From an uncultured Gammaproteobacteria bacterium (GTDB lineage Bacteria; Patescibacteriota; Patescibacteriia; UBA2591; UBA6264), in the NCBI GenBank assembly GCA_964507075.1, contig CAZDOL010000001.1, positions 43,201 to 75,200 of the forward strand: a stretch of DNA of 32,000 bases, given 5' to 3'. Under the pieces are notes generated by a model. That model saw only the letters and a list, made by a program, of their open reading frames with translations. It searched no databases and was not told where the DNA came from. A program made the translations under genes and the position numbers. How positions within the stretch are numbered: the first letter of the stretch is position 1; each line of letters opens with the position of its first letter. This document shows, piece after piece, positions 25,359 to 32,000 of this stretch.

Positions 25359-26780
25359 TTAAAAAATAGGGGTTCCTTCAGCGTAAGATTTGATTTCTTC
25401 CAATTTAATTTCTACTACATCTGAAAAACTAAAATTTAATTTTTCTAAAATCTGAGGTGAAGTTACCCATCTCTTTATCTTTTGGTCCAATAAATAAACC
25501 TTCTCTCCTCCCTCTGCTCTGATTAAATAATTTTGAGGCAAAGCCCTGATAATTTCCTGACCAACAGTAACTATTTCATCAAACTTACCATAAGCATCAA
25601 CCATTGCTTGGCTTAACATATGTCTAATAGTACCATTTTGGGAAACCAAATAAACCTTTTCGTCTCCCTCAGCCCGAATAAATTTTACCAAAGGCATTTC
25701 TTGGATAGTATGCCCTAAACTAACAATACCATCCCAAATACCCCCAACACCCTCAAAAACATTCGGAGCATTAAGCCATAAACGAAAACCATTTAAATTA
25801 AGATAAACCTTTTCGTCGTCTTTTTCTTTAATAAACTGAACATCACTATCCTGTAAATCCCCTTCTTCCTCAAAAAAACGAATAATTGGATCGGGCTCAT
25901 ATGGCACAATTGAAGAAATACAAAACACTGAAGATTCGCAATTAACATTAAAGGTTTCTTCTTTCCAAGAATCATTTAAATATTTGGATTCTGCTTGTTC
26001 TAATTTTGTCCAAAGCAAAAAATTATTTCCTGATTTATTGGTTAAATATCCATATTTATAGTCGTCATCTACTCCTTCTGGCTGGTATTTGAATCCATAT
26101 TTATAATTTGTCCTATAATGCAAAGTTGCTGAATCCAAGATATTCTCTAAAGCGTTCCATTGATTCTCTTTTTCCGATTCCCGAATACTAACAATTGGAT
26201 AATGACCAAAATATTTATAATACTTATCTAAAACTTTCTTCATTCTGTTTAAATCTGATGCCCTTTTCTTATCTCTATTTTTGGGTCCATTTTCAGAAAG
26301 ATCTTTTAATTCTGTTCTTAAATATAATTCATCAATCTCTGGAGATAGATTAGGATTGGATGTAGCTAAAAATATCTTAAGACGCATTTTTTTGGTAATA
26401 GTATGGGGTTCAAAGGAACTGCCCCAGGTTAAAGGATATTCTCTAATATCGTCGTCAAAGCTAATAAAAGCTAAAACATGAGTTCCTGCTGGCTGGCTAT
26501 AAACACCCGTAAGAGTCAATGAATAAATATGAGGATTAAAACGAATATCATCTGTCCATAAAACCCCAGAAGAAACAAAACCCTCTTCTTGCTCTTCTAA
26601 AGTTACATTACCTCTTTCCCAATGAATTGTGCTGTAATCCCAATCAATAATTCCAGATGAATTGAAATCATATTTTTTTTCAGCATACTTGATGGGAATC
26701 GGTCCCAAAGCTAAAAGCGCCCGCGCAGGGATTATAGAAATAAAAAAAATGCTTAAAATAATTATCTTAAATCGTCTCAT
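25359..26780 (-). CDS. Secreted hypothetical protein with three C-terminal ~45-aa repeats
   Basis: The start is trimmed to M21 (MRRFKIIILSIFFISIIPARA signal peptide). An internal RDKKRASDLNRMKKVLDKYYKYFGHYP segment resembles the motif that follows the N-terminal helix of pilin-like proteins. No family was recognised. Confidence 0.6.
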   Translation of the reverse strand: MRRFKIIILSIFFISIIPARALLALGPIPIKYAEKKYDFNSSGIIDWDYSTIHWERGNVTLEEQEEGFVSSGVLWTDDIRFNPHIYSLTLTGVYSQPAGTHVLAFISFDDDIREYPLTWGSSFEPHTITKKMRLKIFLATSNPNLSPEIDELYLRTELKDLSENGPKNRDKKRASDLNRMKKVLDKYYKYFGHYPIVSIRESEKENQWNALENILDSATLHYRTNYKYGFKYQPEGVDDDYKYGYLTNKSGNNFLLWTKLEQAESKYLNDSWKEETFNVNCESSVFCISSIVPYEPDPIIRFFEEEGDLQDSDVQFIKEKDDEKVYLNLNGFRLWLNAPNVFEGVGGIWDGIVSLGHTIQEMPLVKFIRAEGDEKVYLVSQNGTIRHMLSQAMVDAYGKFDEIVTVGQEIIRALPQNYLIRAEGGEKVYLLDQKIKRWVTSPQILEKLNFSFSDVVEIKLEEIKSYAEGTPIF

Positions 26781-26811
26781 ATTTAATATTAAAGCAAAAA
26801 ATAGGCCTTTC

Positions 26812-26957
26812 GTCAACCCCCACACCAAACAGCAATACATTTTTAATGCGAGCCGTTATTTAACGGTTTAATTTATTTATTCGTTGCAAATTTATTTTGC
26901 TTCAAAAAAGCTTAAAATGCAAGAGAGCATTATTGCTGTTATGGTGTGGGGGTCAAC
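26812..26957. repeat. Intergenic structured element closed by a ~22-bp inverted repeat
   Basis: ACCCCCACACCAAACAGCAATA (26816-26837) pairs with TATTGCTGTTATGGTGTGGGGGT (26931-26953, one bulged base). Smaller hairpins lie inside. Confidence 0.45.
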
Positions 26958-27002
26958 CCCATGACAAACCCGTCGGGTTAGTCATCTAGGTTGGTCATAG
27001 GT

Positions 27003-27803
27003 TTAATTTCTAAACTTTTTAATTATCAAAATAATTAAAATTATTCCCAAAAATATAGCGCTAACTATAAAATATGGTTTCAAAGATTCAAAATTAATAA
27101 CACGAGTATGGCCTGAACCTTCTAAAGTTAAAAATCCTAAACTTGCTTGTGGCAAAATATCGGGTTCAATTGCAATAAAATTAATGTCTTGGTCGCTACG
27201 GGGCAAAAGCCTTAACTCATCATTGCTTTGATTTAATATCCCTATGATTTCTAAATTATCTCCCTCTTGAATAATCCCTTTGTTAATTTTTGCGTATTCT
27301 TTAATATAAATTGTTATCTCTGATTGCCCGTTGCTGATAAAAATCCGCGAACCAGTTCTTTCTATAACCTCACCCTGAATCTTGAGCAATTTACCAACCA
27401 AACTATAATTAATCTCTTTAATCTCAACTACTTGTGGCTCAATTATCAACTGGCGCTCCAAAATTCCAATATCCTCTTGGCTTTTAATATTAATTCTCTT
27501 TTCTTCTCTTGCTTGAGAAACAACACCCTGAACTGCAATTTTATCACCTCTTTTTAATTTTGGAAAATCTTTGTAATAGGAGTAAATTTGAACTCCATTA
27601 ATATAAAAAAACTGGAGTCCTAAAACCCCAGGTTCAACTATTACTATTCCTTCTGTTTTAACCGTTCTGCCAACATCTAATTCTTTAATGTTCTCTGGCG
27701 AAACATATTGAAAATCAACGGCAAAAACTTGATTACAAAATATTAAAAATATCAACAAGAAAACAAAAAAACCAACAATTCTTATTTTTTTAATATTTGT
27801 CAT
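27003..27803 (-). CDS. Membrane-anchored hypothetical protein with two OB-fold-like segments
   Basis: N-terminal signal peptide (cleavage-like VFA-VD) and a C-terminal TM helix with a basic tail (IILIILIIKKFRN). Two internal segments with an OB-like pattern are present (GRTVKTEGIVIVEPG...GDKIAVQGVV and GKLLKIQGEVIERTG...GDNLEIIGIL). The fold call is an impression only. Confidence 0.5.
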   Translation of the reverse strand: MTNIKKIRIVGFFVFLLIFLIFCNQVFAVDFQYVSPENIKELDVGRTVKTEGIVIVEPGVLGLQFFYINGVQIYSYYKDFPKLKRGDKIAVQGVVSQAREEKRINIKSQEDIGILERQLIIEPQVVEIKEINYSLVGKLLKIQGEVIERTGSRIFISNGQSEITIYIKEYAKINKGIIQEGDNLEIIGILNQSNDELRLLPRSDQDINFIAIEPDILPQASLGFLTLEGSGHTRVINFESLKPYFIVSAIFLGIILIILIIKKFRN

Positions 27804-27821
27804 ATATATTTTTTTGAAAAC

Positions 27822-27846
27822 TTTTTGGAGACTTAGTCTCCAAAAA
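27822..27846. other. Hairpin TTTTTGGAGAC-TTA-GTCTCCAAAAA between the giant gene and the next gene; possible weak terminator
   Basis: 11-bp inverted repeat read directly. On the minus strand it is followed only by GUUUUC, so a terminator function is uncertain. Confidence 0.35.
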
Positions 27847-27933
27847 AAATTCTCTCCAATCTATAACATCTTAAAAAATAATAGACCCAAAATCCTAAGT
27901 ACCTAAGTACCTAATCCCCCAATTACCCAACCC

Positions 27934-30900
27934 TTATTCTTCTTCTGTTTCTACGGGAGGGAAACAAATTGTATTGCCATTAGGACAACATGGATCGCCA
28001 CTAATTGCGGGACAATCATCACCCGTCCAATCGCAATCTGAGAAAGGTGACTCTCCTGCTTCACTGGTAGCAGTTGTTTTATAATAATAATTGACATAAG
28101 GCAAAATGCGTTTGTCGGTATAGCAACAAATGCTTGCGTCTCCTGCTATAGTAATGCCACAATTGCCGTCAGGATTGCCCTGGATATGACAAACATAATT
28201 TGGACAGTTTGTGCAATTTGATTCATCTTCTAAAGCATAGCCACAATTTGTATCCAATCCTTGAATATGACACTCACCGCTTAAACTGCAATTATCATAT
28301 CCACAATTGCCCGCTTCATAATCAAATTTAATCTGCTCAGCTGTTCTTGCAACATTATAAATCGCCACATTGTCAATCAAACCATTAAAAAACATTCCAG
28401 CTGATTGTAAATGCCTGCCTATAACTAATTCCTGATTATTTGTATCAATACTGCCTACAATTACTGTTGTATTCTTCAATATTCCGTCAACATAAATTTT
28501 TATATTCACTCCATCATATGTCCCTGCAAGGTGGTGCCATTGATCAAATGTTATTGAATCGCCAGAATCCGCTTCATAAGGAGAATCTGATACAGATATT
28601 CTGAAGCGAGGCTTGCCTGAGGTTAAATTTAATTCATACATAGCATACGGGTCTTCAAAAGATGTATGTCCTTTAGACACGACTCTTGCGTCATAAGACA
28701 TTGTTCCGTTTGTTGGCTTTATCCATGCCTCAACCGTTATCGCCCCTGTAATCTCTATACCAGTCTTACTTGGAACTGTTATATAATCACCACTCCCATC
28801 AAAATCCCCGGCATAACTAAATTTACCACTAGGCGTAGTGCTTAACAAATTCTCGGCTGTTCCATGATTTGCAGGGGTCTGATTAGAAGAATCCCTAACT
28901 TCTTTATTGATTCCATCCCAACTACTTTCATTCATCTTCCATTGAGCCATTAACCCAGTATAATCCATTCCTTCTCCTAAATGACTTATCATTCCAAAAT
29001 TTTCACTACTACTTAAAGAATTATAAACATTGTATCCATCTGCGCTACCATCGGGCTCCCAACCCCATGTCAACTGAATCTCTCCACAAGTATCATCATC
29101 AATTGTCGGAGTCTCAGGACTACAAAGTGTTGTTCTTTTCCATACTGGGATAGGGTCGTTAGAATTATATGTTGAACCAGTTTCGTTATGAGCTTGTATT
29201 TTATAACAATAACCAGTATTGGCGATTAGTCCAGCATCTTGAAGAGAACACTCCTCGTCTGTGCAAGCACCACTCAAGACATTTCTTTCAGTATAATCAC
29301 AAGTAAGGCATCCAGCTTCTTCTTCGCCATCGCAACGCTCATAAGTATAACTTTCCGCCCAAACCGAAGGATCCCAATAGACAAACAATTGCTCGCATCC
29401 TTCAGTATTATTAATCTCTGTAATCTCAAAATCAAATGGAGCTGGTGGGTCGCCATATTCATGGTCATAATCATCCCAACCAACACAGTATGGGTCTTTT
29501 TTATTATAGTCCGCCAATACTTGCGCAGCTATTCTGGCAACATTATAAATAGAAACATTGTCAATTAGCCCATGAAAAAAAACATTAGAGTCGGTTACAT
29601 TACTTCTGCCAATCCATAAATTATTAACCCCCAACGTGATTATCGTACCTAATCCAGTATATGATTGTTCGTCTTCTGCTCCTCCATCAATATAAAAAGT
29701 AATCGTCTTGTCAGTATCGTCACGCACAACCGCAATATGATGCCAATTAGTATCATTGATTGTGCCTACACTATATCTATTCACATCAGTGGTCCCGTCT
29801 CCAAAAATAATCGTTAATTGGTCAGCGCTATTTATTTCAAAACGCAAAAAATGATCTTTGCCTGATGCTGATGTTATATTATCAGACATAATAACATCAC
29901 GAGTATCAATTGAATTTCTCTTAATCCATGCTTGTATTGTTGTTGTTGGAACCTCCAAGCTATCTCCGCTTCCGCAATCTATATAATCATCAAATCCGTC
30001 AAATTCGCCCGCGCTATTAAATATGCCATCAGTATTTGGAACTGCTCCATAAGCAGTGCCGGGATATTTGGGCAATGGACTACTATCCACTACACCATTA
30101 GTTATTGGACCAGCGCTATTAACCCAACTCGGCTCATCCATCAACCAATTAGCAACCAAACCCGTTGTATCCATGCTTGTGTCCGCATATCTGTTGGCCA
30201 TATATCCACCAATAGTATAAAAAGTATCATAATCATCTAAATAAAGTCCCCAAACCTTACCAGCCTTAGTGGCACCTTGTAATTTCAACCACCCTCCATC
30301 TCCCAAGGCAACAACCTTAGCCCAACCAGAAACTTCCATTTTAGCATCCGCCCAAATATCTTTTGCGCTTCTGCCCGAAAGAAATCCAACATTAGCACAA
30401 GACCAAATTGCTACATTATCAATAACACCATTAAAATAAGTATCCATTTCCAAATCTCCCATTTTTGCGCCAACATATAACTCATTATCTTTGTCAGACA
30501 AAGAGTCAGGAGGAGTTTGTAAAGGAAATTCTACATCTACTCGCGCACCATCAACAAAAAGTTGCAGAGAAGCATCATTAGTGCCGACTTTTGCTATATA
30601 CTTGCCCACCACATGATGCCATTTGGTTGTATCAGTAATTGGAGCATTACGACAAAATGCACCTAAACCCTCACATGTAGCGTCTGCAGAACAAAGAGTG
30701 TTTTCGTTGCTACCACCAAAACAAATTCCCAGAGCTTGGGTAATCGTGGCTTCAACTTCACTCGCATTAGCCACGCTAAAATTTAATCTATTATTTAAAT
30801 CAAACCAAAGGCGATAACTTTTGCCCTCAACAGCTTCATCCCATTTGCCAATAATTGTCTGTTCACTACCAATTGTTCCTCTTTTCACCCATGCCTCCAC

Positions 30901-31797
30901 CGTTAAATTCCCACTGATACTCAAACTCTCGCTGTCATCTGCCTGAATATAATCATCCTCGCCATCAAATTGCAAAGCGTCTTCAAATTTTCCATTAGCC
31001 AAAATCGGAAGGTCGTTACCGCTTAGTGTGTTGCCATAACCATAATTAGAACTGTCCGTGAGCGCTTCTGCTATATCCCCGTTCATTTTCCAATGCGCTT
31101 TTAGTTTATCTCCATTTGCCGAATAACAAGGAGCCTTAAGTGTGCTTATATCTAAAAAATTTTCTACGCCATCACCAGAACAACTAAAAACACAGGTACC
31201 ACCCGGACAGCCATCGTCATTAATGCATGTTTGATTATCATCGTTGCTACATATCCATGTTGGCTTACCAACACAAGCCCATGGAAATGGCCATCCATGA
31301 GGTGGCTTAACATTGTCCGGACAACCAGAGCAATCAGTACAAGTATTATAATTCTGACAAGAAGTACAATCGGCGCACTTACAACTCTTGCCAAAACAAA
31401 TCCACCCAACTTTATCTGACCAAGCATAACCCATTAAAGCATCACCAATATAATTTCCTAACGATGTATCAACATAAGTAACTCCGTAATTATTTTGCCA
31501 CGACCCCCCCGAACCATTCAGTTCCTCTGGACAATCTAATCCCCCCGAGCAACAATTTTCAAAAACATAATCATAATCAAAATCATTGTAACAATTCATA
31601 GAAATCCATCCCATATTTTCCCCCCACGCCCAACCACGAACATTGTCACTGGTTCCCGCCTCTACGCCCATAAAATTATTTTCCCACCATTTTAAAATCT
31701 GAGAATGATTAAAAATAATAAAAAACCCCAGAATAATTAATATCCCGGAAATTAACAAAATTTTAAAACTCTTTTTTTTATATAATTTCAAACCCAT
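27934..31797 (-). CDS. Giant secreted/anchored Cys-rich surface protein with three LamG (concanavalin A-like lectin) modules and FN3-like segments
   Basis: N-terminal TM anchor. Three modules each contain (L/I)TVEAWVK/IQAWIKR/ITVEAWIKP, then W-H-H, then F(N/H)G(V/L)IDNV(A/S)I(W/Y). Many CxxC-type clusters. FN3-like YCYKIQAHNETG and IQLTWGWEPDGSADGYNVY segments. Confidence 0.85.
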   Translation of the reverse strand: MGLKLYKKKSFKILLISGILIILGFFIIFNHSQILKWWENNFMGVEAGTSDNVRGWAWGENMGWISMNCYNDFDYDYVFENCCSGGLDCPEELNGSGGSWQNNYGVTYVDTSLGNYIGDALMGYAWSDKVGWICFGKSCKCADCTSCQNYNTCTDCSGCPDNVKPPHGWPFPWACVGKPTWICSNDDNQTCINDDGCPGGTCVFSCSGDGVENFLDISTLKAPCYSANGDKLKAHWKMNGDIAEALTDSSNYGYGNTLSGNDLPILANGKFEDALQFDGEDDYIQADDSESLSISGNLTVEAWVKRGTIGSEQTIIGKWDEAVEGKSYRLWFDLNNRLNFSVANASEVEATITQALGICFGGSNENTLCSADATCEGLGAFCRNAPITDTTKWHHVVGKYIAKVGTNDASLQLFVDGARVDVEFPLQTPPDSLSDKDNELYVGAKMGDLEMDTYFNGVIDNVAIWSCANVGFLSGRSAKDIWADAKMEVSGWAKVVALGDGGWLKLQGATKAGKVWGLYLDDYDTFYTIGGYMANRYADTSMDTTGLVANWLMDEPSWVNSAGPITNGVVDSSPLPKYPGTAYGAVPNTDGIFNSAGEFDGFDDYIDCGSGDSLEVPTTTIQAWIKRNSIDTRDVIMSDNITSASGKDHFLRFEINSADQLTIIFGDGTTDVNRYSVGTINDTNWHHIAVVRDDTDKTITFYIDGGAEDEQSYTGLGTIITLGVNNLWIGRSNVTDSNVFFHGLIDNVSIYNVARIAAQVLADYNKKDPYCVGWDDYDHEYGDPPAPFDFEITEINNTEGCEQLFVYWDPSVWAESYTYERCDGEEEAGCLTCDYTERNVLSGACTDEECSLQDAGLIANTGYCYKIQAHNETGSTYNSNDPIPVWKRTTLCSPETPTIDDDTCGEIQLTWGWEPDGSADGYNVYNSLSSSENFGMISHLGEGMDYTGLMAQWKMNESSWDGINKEVRDSSNQTPANHGTAENLLSTTPSGKFSYAGDFDGSGDYITVPSKTGIEITGAITVEAWIKPTNGTMSYDARVVSKGHTSFEDPYAMYELNLTSGKPRFRISVSDSPYEADSGDSITFDQWHHLAGTYDGVNIKIYVDGILKNTTVIVGSIDTNNQELVIGRHLQSAGMFFNGLIDNVAIYNVARTAEQIKFDYEAGNCGYDNCSLSGECHIQGLDTNCGYALEDESNCTNCPNYVCHIQGNPDGNCGITIAGDASICCYTDKRILPYVNYYYKTTATSEAGESPFSDCDWTGDDCPAISGDPCCPNGNTICFPPVETEEE

Positions 31798-31825
31798 CTT
31801 TCTTTTAATGTTTGGTTATTGCCTG

Positions 31826-31922
31826 CCCCGTGGGAGCCTTGCCCGCCGATGAGGCGGGGTAGCGACTTTACGGGGTTTCTTGCCCGTCCTCCGCAGTAGC
31901 AGGCTACTGCTACGGAGGATGG
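31826..31922. other. GC-rich structured island (candidate ncRNA or 5' leader of the giant gene); family unknown
   Basis: Nested helices CCCCGT(31826-31)/ACGGGG(31870-75) enclose CCCGCC-GATGA-GGCGGG. They are followed by CCGTCCTCCG+CAGTAG-CAGG-CTACTG-(CTA)-CGGAGGATGG. CTTGCCCG is directly repeated at 31838 and 31879. Confidence 0.35.
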
Positions 31923-32000
31923 ATATCTTGTTTCTTTAACTTAACATTTCTAAGAAAGGGTCGAATTTCAACAAAAAAACTCGACCCTCATAAAAACTTT

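Noticed and set aside
27894-27917. CCTAAGTA CCTAAGTA CCTAATCC tandem 8-mers just after the giant gene's stop
   Set aside because: Only about 2.6 short units with no associated structure or partner. This is probably slippage and not worth a finding.
31826-31922. GC-rich island as 5S rRNA, SRP RNA, tRNA-like, or a yybP-ykoY/fluoride/ZTP/guanidine riboswitch
   Set aside because: Compared from memory, the diagnostic motifs are missing: CCGAAC and a helix I for 5S; GGAA tetraloop with AGCAGC for SRP; TTCRANY T-loop; the paired GGGGAGUAG...UUGACAUA halves for yybP-ykoY. It is left unassigned rather than forced into a family.

Overview
Low-GC, tightly packed bacterial fragment. Small genes, Lys-rich protein extensions, a giant Cys-rich surface protein and no visible Shine-Dalgarno sequences suggest a Patescibacteria/CPR-like genome; this is inference, not computed. 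TGA is used as a stop (e.g. miaA), so the genetic code looks standard. About 30 protein genes are supported. From 2798 to 23223 every gene is on the minus strand: gatB, sugar transferase, rnhA-like, recJ, alr, lysS, greA, ftsA, ybeY, ferredoxin, YtxH, nucleoside phosphorylase, hisS, lepB, DUF2304, GT2, UXS-like epimerase, pnp, NYN, rpsO. RNA genes are a type-A RNase P RNA (minus, ~6474-6842), tRNA-Arg(UCU) and tRNA-His(GUG). Four things deserve a second look. (1) A tRNA locus holds a tRNA-His 5' half that ends in its anticodon loop. It is followed by a perfect TTGACA-17-TATAAT promoter, an apparently leaderless HNH endonuclease gene, and then a second, differently sequenced, complete tRNA-His. 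A 13-nt duplicate of the tRNA-Arg 5' end lies upstream of the same locus. (2) A family of about 30-nt REP-like hairpins has covarying stems and a fixed CGA loop. Copies bracket an IS200/RayT-like Y1 transposase gene and occur twice in-frame inside it. (3) Three inverted-repeat-bounded or GC-rich structured intergenic elements have no assignable family. (4) Three secreted or membrane proteins form a cluster that includes a 1287-aa protein with three LamG modules. No CRISPR array, rRNA gene or recognisable defence operon was seen.
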